Shown here one piece after another: positions 41,501 through 51,238 of a stretch of DNA of 64,000 bases. The DNA lies in assembly GCA_964492835.1 (NCBI GenBank), contig CAZBLC010000001.1:19596-83595 (forward strand), in the 5' to 3' direction. The notes below the pieces were generated by a model. It did not search any database. It worked only from the letters and a program-made list of their open reading frames with translations, and was not told the DNA's origin. The stretch comes from an uncultured Candidatus Saccharibacteria bacterium. Its GTDB lineage: Bacteria > Patescibacteriota > Minisyncoccia > Phycocordibacterales > PALSA-1337. The stretch's first letter is position 1; the number at the start of each line of letters is the position of its first letter. Position numbers and translations under genes: made by a program.

Positions 41501-41890
41501 TTATTGTTTCTTAGAATGCGAATAAATTTTCTCGACTTCAGCAAGAAGTTCAGAAGGTATAGTCGTAGCCTTTATTATATACCCATCTACGTTTAATTTC
41601 TTTGCTCGAGCTATATCATCAGGGAGACCTTGGTTTGTAAGCATGATTACAACTGTCTTTTTAATTAAATTCTCTTTCCTTAGAGCAGTAAGTAATTCAA
41701 TTCCATCCATTCCAGGCATGATCAAATCTAGTATTAGTACGTCTGGTTCCATTCCTCCCTTCAACACTTTCAATGCTTCTTCTGTGGTTGAACATGTATG
41801 CACAGAATGTTTAGCATTAGTAAACTTAGTGATGTACATATCAAGAAGAAACTTATCATCATCTACAAAAAGTACATTTAATGGTTTCAT
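41501..41890 (-). CDS. Single-domain CheY-like response regulator receiver (PilH-like)
   Basis: VLFVDDD...DVLILDLIMPGMDG...KPF receiver motifs. 129 aa, no output domain. Confidence 0.8.
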   Translation of the reverse strand: MKPLNVLFVDDDKFLLDMYITKFTNAKHSVHTCSTTEEALKVLKGGMEPDVLILDLIMPGMDGIELLTALRKENLIKKTVVIMLTNQGLPDDIARAKKLNVDGYIIKATTIPSELLAEVEKIYSHSKKQ

Positions 41891-41891
41891 A

Positions 41892-43613
41892 TTATAGTTT
41901 ATTTACTTCTTCAAATGGTATCTTTCTCTCGAATGCTTTAATCATCGCATCCTCCTTAATTGAGAGCATTCCCTTTTGTCTAAGCAGTCTACTTATCTCA
42001 AGTTCAGTAGGACTCTTTAGAATTACACTCTCTATCTCCTTGTCCATTCTAAATGCCTCAAACACAGCCATACGTCCTCTTGTTCCCTTAGGACAATCTG
42101 GAGTTGGATCAATACCATATACAGTATCCTTAAATGGAATATCTCCTTTGTACTGTTCTGGTAGATCTGAGAATTGCTTATCAATTATCATTTTTATACT
42201 TCCATCAACTGGTATTGGTTTACCTGAATTTGGAGGTAGCATAGATACAAGTCTCTGAGCGATAGCTAGAACAAGAGTTGGTGCGATAAGGTAAGGATCC
42301 ACACCCATGTCGATAAGACGAGGGATGACACCAGCTGAGTTGTTGGTGTGGAGTGTAGAGAATACCAAGTGTCCTGTTAGAGCAGCTTGTACAGCTAGCT
42401 GAGCAGTCTCCTTGTCTCGGATCTCTCCGATCATGATCACATCAGGGTCCTGGCGTAGTGTTGTTCTAAGTCCAGATGCAAATGTATACCCAATCTCAGC
42501 ATGCACCTGAGACTGACTTACCCCATCCATGTTGTACTCGATAGGGTCTTCGAGAGAAAGTACGTTCATTCCCTCCTTATCAACTTCATTCAACATAGAG
42601 TACAGAGTTGTAGACTTTCCAGATCCCGTAGGTCCAGTAATTAGGATTAGTCCGTATGGTCTAGCTATCGCCTCTTTAACCAATTCTAGATTCTTTGGTG
42701 TAAGTCCGATCTCATCGATCTTCTTTACTCCCTTTTCTTGATCCAAGATACGCATCACGACTTTCTCTCCATAATATGCTGGGAATGTAGATACACGGAA
42801 GTCTATCTTTCTTCCATCGATACGTGCAGAGAATCTACCGTCTTGAGGCTTTCTCTTTTCATCAAGCTTCATGTTACAAAGCACTTTGATACGAGCAACA
42901 ACCGCATTGTGTACTTGCGGTGGTAGTACTAGACTTGTATTAAGTGTTCCATCAACACGGAAACGCACTCTAATCTTGTCACGCATATGCTCAATGTGCA
43001 CATCGGATGCATTTCCCTCAGTTGCATAACGAACGATAGTTGCCACAATCTTAACAACCGGAGCATCTTCTATAATTACAGTATTCTGCTTCTTGTCATT
43101 CGTAGTCTTTGCATTCTTTAGATCTACAGTACTGTCCTTATCAACAGACAATACAGACTCTAGTTCTGTAAGAGCCTTAGATACTTCTCCTCCAATTCCT
43201 TTATATGACTCTAAAACTTTTTGGTAGTCATCAATAGTTATTAAAAATACTTTGTATGGAACATTACCCTTTGAAGCAATGAAGTTTAGAGCATCTCGAG
43301 CTTCTATATTATCTGGGTTAACTATACCCACTTCAAGTACTCCTTCACTTAGACCTATCGGTACGAACTTATAGTGTGCAGCTGATTCTTCTGGTATATA
43401 GTCTAGAGCTTCAAATGGTACTGTAGTCTCACCTAAACTTCTTGTAGGTATGTTAAGTAGCTCTCCACGTGCAGCAAGTATATCTTCAGGATGTACTCCC
43501 TTTTCAATCAATACTTGATCAAGATTCTCACCGTCTGCAGTAAGTTTCTTTATCTCAGTTATATCATCTTTTGTTAAAAGATTTTTGTTTAAAAGAATAT
43601 CTGTAACACTCAT
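41892..43613 (-). CDS. pilB: Type IV pilus assembly/extension ATPase (GspE family) with N-terminal T2SSE_N domain
   Basis: Walker A GPTGSGKST, Asp box, His box GHLVFSTLHTN. 573 aa. Confidence 0.92.
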   Translation of the reverse strand: MSVTDILLNKNLLTKDDITEIKKLTADGENLDQVLIEKGVHPEDILAARGELLNIPTRSLGETTVPFEALDYIPEESAAHYKFVPIGLSEGVLEVGIVNPDNIEARDALNFIASKGNVPYKVFLITIDDYQKVLESYKGIGGEVSKALTELESVLSVDKDSTVDLKNAKTTNDKKQNTVIIEDAPVVKIVATIVRYATEGNASDVHIEHMRDKIRVRFRVDGTLNTSLVLPPQVHNAVVARIKVLCNMKLDEKRKPQDGRFSARIDGRKIDFRVSTFPAYYGEKVVMRILDQEKGVKKIDEIGLTPKNLELVKEAIARPYGLILITGPTGSGKSTTLYSMLNEVDKEGMNVLSLEDPIEYNMDGVSQSQVHAEIGYTFASGLRTTLRQDPDVIMIGEIRDKETAQLAVQAALTGHLVFSTLHTNNSAGVIPRLIDMGVDPYLIAPTLVLAIAQRLVSMLPPNSGKPIPVDGSIKMIIDKQFSDLPEQYKGDIPFKDTVYGIDPTPDCPKGTRGRMAVFEAFRMDKEIESVILKSPTELEISRLLRQKGMLSIKEDAMIKAFERKIPFEEVNKL

Positions 43614-43617
43614 AAAA

Positions 43618-43935
43618 TTAATTTACTGGTACGAACGGATTAGCACGACCAACATTCTGCTCTGGTATTGCAATTGTATAGTCTACAAGCGACTGGTATA
43701 CCGCACTCTTAAAGATTGAATCATCAATCTTTAATGAACTTATCTGATTAAGTAGGTTAACAATTCTCTGGCTTGATGCTTGTGCATCACCAGCCTCAAC
43801 TGATCCTTCAGTTGCAAGTGATGAGATTGATACATCACTTGGATTACCTTTGAAATAGAAGAAGAGACCTAGAGCTACTACTACGATAGCTATTAGTGCG
43901 AAGAATGTTCCTTTTGATGGTGTTTTTTGTTGCAT
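43618..43935 (-). CDS. Small single-TM protein in the pilus operon (PilP-like position), hypothetical
   Basis: N-terminal TM FFALIAIVVVALGLFFYF. 105 aa. Sits between pilO-like and pilB. Confidence 0.35.
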   Translation of the reverse strand: MQQKTPSKGTFFALIAIVVVALGLFFYFKGNPSDVSISSLATEGSVEAGDAQASSQRIVNLLNQISSLKIDDSIFKSAVYQSLVDYTIAIPEQNVGRANPFVPVN

Positions 43936-43936
43936 A

Positions 43937-44488
43937 TTATTGTTTTAGCCAAAATGTCTTAACCTCTACTCCATAATCGAAGTTTCCATTCTCACCTGCT
44001 TTCAAACTAATCTTAGATACCTGCATTATTCTAAGACTCACTTCCAAATCTCTTAGGAAGTTTTGGAATGTTTGATAGTCAGTACTTAGATCAAATGACA
44101 TTGTAACTGTATTGTATTCACCGCTCGACACAAAACTTGTATCCTCACTCTTTGATGCTTCTTTATTAGCTGTACTTGTCTTTACGTTCTTTATTGAAAT
44201 ATTGTGTCTAGCAGCTATACCGTTTAGGTCTATTATTAATCTAACGTTATCAACGTTATCAGGAACAATCTTATCAAGTCTCTCCTGATCTTCAGGATCA
44301 ATCTTGTTATATGCAGCTAGTACTTGATCTCTCTTCTTGATCAACTCTTCAGAATTCTTTAATGCTGTCTTATATTCACTGTTAACAGCCATAACAGCAC
44401 GCACCTTATCAATCTCCACACGGGTAAAAGTAAAATATATACCTATTGATAGAATTATTAGTATTAAAGGTGTAGCATTCTTATTCAT
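43937..44488 (-). CDS. pilO: PilO-like pilus inner-membrane alignment protein
   Basis: N-terminal TM, coiled-coil, then a periplasmic domain. Operon position. Confidence 0.5.
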   Translation of the reverse strand: MNKNATPLILIILSIGIYFTFTRVEIDKVRAVMAVNSEYKTALKNSEELIKKRDQVLAAYNKIDPEDQERLDKIVPDNVDNVRLIIDLNGIAARHNISIKNVKTSTANKEASKSEDTSFVSSGEYNTVTMSFDLSTDYQTFQNFLRDLEVSLRIMQVSKISLKAGENGNFDYGVEVKTFWLKQ

Positions 44489-44492
44489 ATAT

Positions 44493-45125
44493 TTATTGTG
44501 TATTACCTAACTCGCTATTCAATACCTTTTCATACAACACATCTGCAGCACTTATACTCGCTGTGAATGTAAATCCTACATTCCCTTTTGCATCAAGTGA
44601 TAGGTCTGAAAGTATTGGGTTCTTTAGAACCCGGTTCTTTCCAAAGCTTGATGATTTTCCAAATACATCACTCTGCCAAGCGATAGAACTGAAGCTATTA
44701 CCAAATCCTTTCATAGTAATCTTTAGATCTCCTGTTTCTATATCAGGAGCTACGAAATCAAAGCTACTGAATGTGATACCATCAGCTGTTAGAGCGTTGA
44801 TTATAGAGAACATCTCAACAACATCTATTTGTTTCTTAAGTAATTTGTTTCCTAGATCTATCTTTGTATTAGCCTTCTTTAATTTTTCAATTAAGGCTGA
44901 ATCGAATCTTTCTTCTGCTTTCTTTAATTCAACTCTATATTTCTCTTGATTCTTTGTTTGTAAATCTTTCCAAACAAATGTTCCTGCTGCAGCTACGATT
45001 GAGAGTATAAATATGATTACAGAGATAAACATAAATACACTAGTACCACCAGTATGATTGACTGATTTTTGATCCATCAATATTGGCTTCTTTGGAATGA
45101 ACGATGTTTGAAACTTAGTATCCAT
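44493..45125 (-). CDS. pilN: PilN-like pilus inner-membrane alignment protein
   Basis: Single TM after a short cytoplasmic N-terminus. Follows pilM. Confidence 0.5.
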   Translation of the reverse strand: MDTKFQTSFIPKKPILMDQKSVNHTGGTSVFMFISVIIFILSIVAAAGTFVWKDLQTKNQEKYRVELKKAEERFDSALIEKLKKANTKIDLGNKLLKKQIDVVEMFSIINALTADGITFSSFDFVAPDIETGDLKITMKGFGNSFSSIAWQSDVFGKSSSFGKNRVLKNPILSDLSLDAKGNVGFTFTASISAADVLYEKVLNSELGNTQ

Positions 45126-45143
45126 TGAGATAATTATAGTTGA

Positions 45144-46277
45144 TTAATCTATTTCAGACAATCGACGTAATGCACACCCTATCGCTACTGCAAATTCTGG
45201 ACCTGCTTGCTTGAATTGTTCTGATAGGAATGCTGGAGTTTCTAGTTTATTAAATGGATTTGCATATACTATTTCTGTTTGAAAACTTACTTTAGCTAAT
45301 TCTGTAAATCCTTTTAGCAGAACTCCTCCTCCTGTAAGGATTACCTTACTTATATTCTTGTTGTACTTCTTCTGATAGCTTAGCAGTGTTGCGTTTGCTT
45401 CATAGAATATATAGTCTAGGTTTACTGTTATTACTTCTGTTAACTCTTTGTACTCTGGTCCTCCCTTCATTCCATATACTCTCTTTAGATTCTCTGCTTC
45501 GTTTACTGTAAGACTCAGTGACTTTGATATTGCTAGAGTTATATCCTGTGATCCTCTATTAATGATGTGTGATGCTCTAAGTAATCCTCTCTCTAATATG
45601 TATAGCTTTGTTGCTTGTGCACCCATGTCTACAACCATTACAGCTTGTATACCCTGTTCTACCACTGCTCTTATAGAGCTAAACAACTCTATCTCATAGA
45701 ATGATGGTTGCAGTCCTGATCCTACAGCTATCGCTTGATAGTTATTAATATATTCATTATGTATTGCTACAACTAGTACATCTTGTGTTTGTCTTGGTGG
45801 TAGTTTTTCATCAGGCTTGTTTACAGGTGTTACATCATCAGGACCTAGGTTATCTTCTTTAGGTATTATTGAGTAATCCAACATAATCTCACTCATAGGT
45901 ACTGGTATATACTTACGTGCTTCTATGTTTATAACCTCCTGTATTTGTTTTTCTGGTACTGCAGGAATTGTTATGAACGTAATTAGACTTGATGATAGAG
46001 GTAAGGCTATACCACAAGAGTTTGTAGTAGTTTTAGCTTCTCTTAGAATATCTTTTAAAGCTTCAATTATCTTCTCCTTTGGTAAATTAGTTGATCTTCC
46101 AACTTCAATTTGTGCATATGGACCTAGAGCTAGTTCTCCATAAGTCTCGAGTACTGCTCTTCCTCTTTTCTTCCTTAATTGCACTACCTTTATAGCAGAT
46201 GAACCAATATCAATACCTAAAACACTTTGTCCTTTCTTTGAGAAGAGTGATGAAAATAGGTTATTAAGAAAATCCAT
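45144..46277 (-). CDS. pilM: Type IV pilus assembly protein PilM (actin-like ATPase fold)
   Basis: LGIDIGSSAIKVVQL phosphate-1-type motif. 377 aa. Confidence 0.8.
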   Translation of the reverse strand: MDFLNNLFSSLFSKKGQSVLGIDIGSSAIKVVQLRKKRGRAVLETYGELALGPYAQIEVGRSTNLPKEKIIEALKDILREAKTTTNSCGIALPLSSSLITFITIPAVPEKQIQEVINIEARKYIPVPMSEIMLDYSIIPKEDNLGPDDVTPVNKPDEKLPPRQTQDVLVVAIHNEYINNYQAIAVGSGLQPSFYEIELFSSIRAVVEQGIQAVMVVDMGAQATKLYILERGLLRASHIINRGSQDITLAISKSLSLTVNEAENLKRVYGMKGGPEYKELTEVITVNLDYIFYEANATLLSYQKKYNKNISKVILTGGGVLLKGFTELAKVSFQTEIVYANPFNKLETPAFLSEQFKQAGPEFAVAIGCALRRLSEID

Positions 46278-46323
46278 ACAAATATTATATCATACGACCA
46301 ATATTATAGTGTAGAATATGTGA

Positions 46324-46923
46324 ATGATTCGTAATATCCTCCAATATCTCATTGATTTCATCTTTCCTCCTCGAGAGGAAGAGGTTGTATTACGTATTAT
46401 ATCTATTACTCAATTTGAGTCTCAGGTGCCTAAGGCACTTAATGGTATATCTATATTCTCCTACAAACACTCTCTAGTTAAAGAGCTGGTTTGGCAGATT
46501 AAATACAGAAGGAATATGAGGGCTACTCACATGGCTGCGTATTTTCTTCATCGAGAACTAGTTAAATATGGAAATGTTACTCTAGTTCCTATACCCATAT
46601 CTAAATCTAGAAGAAAAGAAAGAGGTTTTAATCAATGTGAATTGATTATTGATTCTATACTTAAGTATGATACTAATAATATTCTCTCTAAAGACTATTC
46701 CCTACTTGTTCGTGACAAGGATATTGAGAAGCAGACTTTTAAGAATCGAGGTGAGAGACTAGAGAATATTAAAGGTATATTTAGAGTTACTAAATCTAGT
46801 AGTGATATATCTATAGTTATCATCGATGATGTAACTACAACTGGAGGTACGCTTGAAGAAGCAAAGAATTCTCTTCTACAAGCTGGGTTTAAAGATGTTA
46901 AGGTTTTGACTCTGGCACACTAA
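46324..46923 (+). CDS. comFC: ComF-family phosphoribosyltransferase-domain protein (competence ComFC-like)
   Basis: PRTase PRPP motif IVIIDDVTTTGGTLEEA. 199 aa. Lacks the N-terminal Cys zinc-finger seen in many ComFC. Confidence 0.7.
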   Translation: MIRNILQYLIDFIFPPREEEVVLRIISITQFESQVPKALNGISIFSYKHSLVKELVWQIKYRRNMRATHMAAYFLHRELVKYGNVTLVPIPISKSRRKERGFNQCELIIDSILKYDTNNILSKDYSLLVRDKDIEKQTFKNRGERLENIKGIFRVTKSSSDISIVIIDDVTTTGGTLEEAKNSLLQAGFKDVKVLTLAH

Positions 46924-47179
46924 CTGCCTTCTTCTTCCATAGACCAACTACAGAGTATAGATATACAAGTTCTAGTATACCTATTGTGTTGATTAGGAGT
47001 ATTGCGACAAACCATCCCTTTTCATCTCTCTTTGCTGCATGCCATAGTGCATAACCTTTCAAAGTTATTACTGCTAGCATTAAGACTAGTAGTACTAGTG
47101 AACTTAGGGCGAATAGCCCAAAACCTAGACCAAAGAATGCATTTGAATTAACTACACTTGCGAAATTATTTATCATCAT
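46898..47179 (-). CDS. Small two-TM membrane protein, hypothetical
   Basis: 93 aa with two hydrophobic helices. Confidence 0.4.
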   Translation of the reverse strand: MMINNFASVVNSNAFFGLGFGLFALSSLVLLVLMLAVITLKGYALWHAAKRDEKGWFVAILLINTIGILELVYLYSVVGLWKKKAVSVPESKP

Positions 47180-47202
47180 GGGTCTATTATAACACCAATC
47201 CT

Positions 47203-47760
47203 TTATTCTTTGTCAGAAATAATACAACCTAATGGCAAAGAAAATGAGTCGCCATTATTTAAAATACCCCAGTCGATTTCACCTGACACATCGAGCTCCA
47301 TTCTCATCTTTGTAATTAAATTACTTCTTAGAGGCACAGGACCAGGTGTTGTTGTTGAAAATACTATGCTCAAGTAGAGCTGTGGGATATTCTTATCATC
47401 GGATAACAGAGCAAGCTTACCAAGCGAACGATTTATATCTAGATCTGTTGGAGGCTCCGTCTTGCAAAACTGTCCAACATAGGTCTTGTTATCAAAACCT
47501 AAATTCATGGTCAAAATTTTTGAATCTACAATCTCTAAGGCTTGCATAAAAGTTTCCAGTTTGAGACTGTATAATTCCTTAGATTTATATTCTTCAAACC
47601 CCCACAATATACCAATAATAGGTATTAGTATCTTAAGTACGTCCACTACACCACTATTAATAGTCTCACTTATATTGTCACATCCAAAATTAATCATCCT
47701 GTACAAAGAAGCAATATAAATTAAGGCTATGGCAGAAGTTAGGACAAGGAAAAAAATCAT
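47203..47760 (-). CDS. Hypothetical membrane protein
   Basis: The ORF opens at 47856 but its first ~32 codons overlap the same-strand tRNA. The MMIFFLVLTS start near 47760 is more plausible. Confidence 0.35.
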   Translation of the reverse strand: MIFFLVLTSAIALIYIASLYRMINFGCDNISETINSGVVDVLKILIPIIGILWGFEEYKSKELYSLKLETFMQALEIVDSKILTMNLGFDNKTYVGQFCKTEPPTDLDINRSLGKLALLSDDKNIPQLYLSIVFSTTTPGPVPLRSNLITKMRMELDVSGEIDWGILNNGDSFSLPLGCIISDKE

Positions 47761-47767
47761 CATTCTG

Positions 47768-47854
47768 CGGAAAGAGCGAGATTCGAACTCGCGGTTCCAA
47801 TTAAGGAACGGCGGTTTAGTAAACCGCTGGTTTAAACCACTCACCCATCTTTCC
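47768..47854 (-). tRNA. Ser-type (class II, long variable arm, G73) tRNA; anticodon loop reads UUACUAA, apparent anticodon ACU
   Basis: Manual fold: acceptor GGAAAGA/TCTTTCC, 3-bp D-stem, anticodon stem GCGGT/ACCGC, variable stem-loop GTTCC-TTAATT-GGAAC, T-arm GCGAG-TTCGAAT-CTCGC. CCA not encoded. Confidence 0.7.
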
Positions 47855-47916
47855 ATACTTTCCCATATACTATACGGAAATTATGATACTTTTACAAATA
47901 TTGATAGTATATATGG

Positions 47917-49563
47917 ATGAATAACATATACGATTCTCTAAAGGATAGTTTTAAAGGTGATATAGATATATCAGAGCAAACTCTTACCAAATACTCTAAA
48001 GATGCTAGTCTTTTTGAGATTAAACCTAGTGCAGTTATGTTCCCTAAAGACAGTGAGGATATCAAGACTCTAGTTAAGTGGGTAAATGCAAACAAAGAAG
48101 CCAATCCTGAGCTATCCATCACCGTACGCTCTGCAGGAACAGATATGACTGGTGCTGCTATCGGTAGTTCCATCATACTTGATGTTACTCGATACATGAA
48201 CAAGATAATTGAAGTCACACCTGATCATGCAATTGCAATGCCTGGTTGCTATTACCGAGATTTCGACAAAGAGACAAAGAAATTAGACCGATATATGCCT
48301 GCATATACCGCTTCAAGAGAGATCAATGCAGTTGGTGGTATGGTTGGTAACAACAGTGGTGGAGAAAAGAGTATTAAGTATGGTAAGACGGAGAGATATA
48401 TTAACTCACTTAAGATAGTTTTGTCTGATGGTAATGAATATGTTGTTAAACCACTCACAAAACAGGAATTGGAAGTTAAGATAAATCAGAATGATTTTGA
48501 AGGAAATCTATACAAAGAGATATTTAAATTAATTAATGATAACTATGAGGTTATATCTGGAGCAAAGCCTAAGGTATCCAAGAATTCTTCTGGTTACTAT
48601 CTCTGGAATGTATATGACAAAGAAAGTGGAAAGTTTGATCTATGTAGGTTGATTGTAGGATCACAAGGAACATTGGGTATAGTTACGGAAATAGATTTTA
48701 AAATCATTCCTTTTGAAACTTGTTCAAATATTCTAGCCGTATTCCTTCCCTCTCTGGATGATGTGAGTAAGTTAGTGAATGAAGTATTGCCTTTTAAGCC
48801 AGACAGTCTAGAGACCTACGATGACAAGAGTATGATACTTGCAGTTAAGTTCTTCTTCGATTTCTTTAAGGAACTAGGATTTGTTAGAGCTATCAAGCTT
48901 GGTATGCAATTTGTTCCAGAGACATTTATGCTACTTACAGGTGGTGTGCCTAAGATGATATTAATGATTGAGTTTACTGGTATTAGTGAAGAAGAGGTTA
49001 AGGCTAAGTTGATTGCAGTACGTGATCATATTAAGCATTTTGGATTCCATATGCATTTAGCTCATTCTACAGCTGAGGCTGATAAGTACAGACAGATTAG
49101 ACATGAAAGTTTCAATCTACTTAGAAAGCATTCTAAAGGAAAGCGTACAGCCCCCTTTATAGACGACATAATAGTTAAGCCTGAGTATTTACCCGAATTT
49201 CTTCCTAAAGTTAAAGCACTACTTGATGAATACAAGTTAAGCTATACCGTACAAGGACACTTGGGTAATGGTAACTTCCATATCATTCCTCTTATGGATC
49301 TTAAATCTCCCTTCTCTGCTGATGTCATACTAGAATTGTCTGGAAAGATATATAGTTTGGTAGCACAATACCATGGTTCAAATTCTGCAGAACACAATGA
49401 TGGAATTATACGAACTCCATACCTGACACAACAGTTTGGTGAAGAAGTTGTAAGTATATTTAAGAAGACTAAATATATATTTGATCCATTAAATATTTTA
49501 AATCCTGGGAAGAAAGTAGGTGGTAGTTTTGATGATATTAGAAATGCGATAAAGAGTGTGTAA
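47917..49563 (+). CDS. FAD-linked oxidase (GlcD/D-lactate dehydrogenase family)
   Basis: FAD_binding_4 region VRSAGTDMTGAAIGSSIILD. 548 aa. Confidence 0.85.
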   Translation: MNNIYDSLKDSFKGDIDISEQTLTKYSKDASLFEIKPSAVMFPKDSEDIKTLVKWVNANKEANPELSITVRSAGTDMTGAAIGSSIILDVTRYMNKIIEVTPDHAIAMPGCYYRDFDKETKKLDRYMPAYTASREINAVGGMVGNNSGGEKSIKYGKTERYINSLKIVLSDGNEYVVKPLTKQELEVKINQNDFEGNLYKEIFKLINDNYEVISGAKPKVSKNSSGYYLWNVYDKESGKFDLCRLIVGSQGTLGIVTEIDFKIIPFETCSNILAVFLPSLDDVSKLVNEVLPFKPDSLETYDDKSMILAVKFFFDFFKELGFVRAIKLGMQFVPETFMLLTGGVPKMILMIEFTGISEEEVKAKLIAVRDHIKHFGFHMHLAHSTAEADKYRQIRHESFNLLRKHSKGKRTAPFIDDIIVKPEYLPEFLPKVKALLDEYKLSYTVQGHLGNGNFHIIPLMDLKSPFSADVILELSGKIYSLVAQYHGSNSAEHNDGIIRTPYLTQQFGEEVVSIFKKTKYIFDPLNILNPGKKVGGSFDDIRNAIKSV

Positions 49564-50644
49564 TATGAAAACATTAAAGAAATATAGATTGATAATTCCA
49601 CTGACAATAGTTGTAATAGCTATTTTTACGTACGGTAAGTTTAATGCTCCGAAACCAGAACCCGTACCTGCTCCAGTTATAGTTACTGTTCCATATACTG
49701 GAAAGATATATCATATATTCTTCCATAGTCTCATTGTATATCCAGAACTAGCATTTGATGGCACACCTCATGCTCAAGGATATCAGGACTATATGATTAC
49801 TCGAGATGAGTTCTACAAGATACTTCCTAAGTTGTATTCAGATAACTTTGTTTTGATTAATCCAAATATATTAATCTCTACAACTACAACTGGTATATCT
49901 AGAAATACCCTTCTACTTCCAGAAGGTAAAAAGCCATTAATACTTTCTCTTGATGATTTAAACTATTACAAAGATCAAGATGGTCATGGTTTTGCCAACA
50001 AACTGGTATTAGACAAACAAGGTAGAGTTGCTACGGAGATAACTACTCCTGAAGGAAAAACTATTGTTACTCGTGATGGTGATATTGTCCCAATACTAGA
50101 TGACTTTATAGACCTACATCCTGATTTCTCTTGGAATGGAGCTAGAGGTGTTATAGCGGTTACAGGACATGAAGGAGTGTTCGGGTACAGAACGAACAAG
50201 GTTAATTCTGGTACGTACAAAAAGGATGTTGAGTCAGTAAAGAATATTGTAACCAGACTAAAACAAACTGGTTGGTCATTTGCTAGCCATAGTTTCTCTC
50301 ACCAACTACCATTCAGAGATAACAGTATTACACTCGATATGGTTAAGTGGGATACAGAGAAATGGGACAAGGAAGTTAGACCTCTTGTTGGTGACACTAA
50401 CATGTTCATTGGTCCATTCGGTCAGGTGTTTTCTGCAAATGATGAAAGAAGAAACTACTTAATCTCAAAAGGTTTCAATATGCTATTTGGAGTTGGTATG
50501 GATCTATATCAAGAATACTTCCCTACATACTTTGTAATGAACAGAGCTGATATAGATGGTATACGACTATTACAAACTCCCTGGCATCTAAAAGAGTACT
50601 TTAATGTTGAGGAAGTGGTGGACCAGAAGAGGTTTGTTAGGTAG
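49556..50644 (+). CDS. Membrane-anchored NodB/polysaccharide-deacetylase-like protein
   Basis: N-terminal TM LIIPLTIVVIAIFTY; LSLDDLNY (TFDD-like) and FASHSFSHQ (HSxxH-like). Overlaps the upstream oxidase by 8 nt. Confidence 0.5.
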   Translation: MCNMKTLKKYRLIIPLTIVVIAIFTYGKFNAPKPEPVPAPVIVTVPYTGKIYHIFFHSLIVYPELAFDGTPHAQGYQDYMITRDEFYKILPKLYSDNFVLINPNILISTTTTGISRNTLLLPEGKKPLILSLDDLNYYKDQDGHGFANKLVLDKQGRVATEITTPEGKTIVTRDGDIVPILDDFIDLHPDFSWNGARGVIAVTGHEGVFGYRTNKVNSGTYKKDVESVKNIVTRLKQTGWSFASHSFSHQLPFRDNSITLDMVKWDTEKWDKEVRPLVGDTNMFIGPFGQVFSANDERRNYLISKGFNMLFGVGMDLYQEYFPTYFVMNRADIDGIRLLQTPWHLKEYFNVEEVVDQKRFVR

Positions 50645-50694
50645 TCTATTATTTTAGATCACAATTAAACAAAGTTCTGTTCGCTTACTTTAAT

Positions 50695-51045
50695 CTATTG
50701 TCTATTTTTTAACCAGTGTTTAAGTCCTATTCCCCGAATATCATCCTTTTTTGCATACTTTTCTATTATATTCAATGATTTTTCTTTTATTTCTTGGCTG
50801 GGATTAAGCTTTTCTAAAAGATGTATGGCAGCATAGAGTTTAGTATCGTAATTTTCATAATTAAGAAGGCCAGCAAATTCTTCTGTACCACTACTACCAA
50901 AATTAGTACTAATTATATTTACAATTTCAATCAATCTTTTAGATTTATTGTTATGTAATTGTACTGATTGCTTGTCAGAGTAATTTGTATTAAAAAGTAA
51001 TTCAACTTGATCTTTGTATTCCTTTATAAGTTCTTGAATAGTCAT
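50695..51045 (-). CDS. Hypothetical small helical protein
   Basis: 116-aa ORF, no recognised motif. Lies between the deacetylase-like gene and the duplicated copy of that gene's 3' end. Confidence 0.4.
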   Translation of the reverse strand: MTIQELIKEYKDQVELLFNTNYSDKQSVQLHNNKSKRLIEIVNIISTNFGSSGTEEFAGLLNYENYDTKLYAAIHLLEKLNPSQEIKEKSLNIIEKYAKKDDIRGIGLKHWLKNRQ

Positions 51046-51067
51046 TTTATAAAATCATAACATATCA

Positions 51068-51129
51068 ATAGCGGAACCAGAAGGATTCAGATCCTCAAAG
51101 CTCTTAAGGGGCCTGCCTCATTAGCAAAA
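51068..51129 (-). pseudogene. Degenerate fragment of tRNA-Ser(GCU), 3' portion (~75% identity to 54690-54752)
   Basis: agcggaaccagaaggattcagatcctcaaagctcttaaggggcctgcctcattagcaaaaatg aligns with agcggaaacggagggattcgaaccctcggagcctttaaggggctcacatctttagcaaagatg of the intact tRNA. Confidence 0.6.
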
Positions 51130-51238
51130 ATGAACAGAGCAGATATAGATGGTATACGACTATTACAAACTCCTTGGCATTTGAAGGAATACTTTAACGT
51201 TGAGGAGGTAATCGATCAGAAGAGGTTTGGTAAATAGC
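51130..51238 (+). repeat. Direct duplicate (~85% identity) of the last ~106 nt of the 49556-50644 CDS, including its stop codon
   Basis: aacagagcagatatagatggtatacgactattacaaactccttggcatttgaaggaatactttaacgttgaggaggtaatcgatcagaagaggtttggtaaatag matches 50539-50644. Confidence 0.7.

Noticed and set aside
41501-41544. 44-nt overlap of pilT with the receiver gene.
   Set aside because: pilT alignment to PilT family N-termini supports a start at MDYKKEIELL (41496), removing the overlap.
47761-47856. N-terminal 32 codons of ORF 47203-47856 (MERWVSGLNQRFTKPPFLNWNREFESRSF...).
   Set aside because: This stretch is the same-strand translation of the Ser-type tRNA gene. The CDS was trimmed to the internal MMIFF start.
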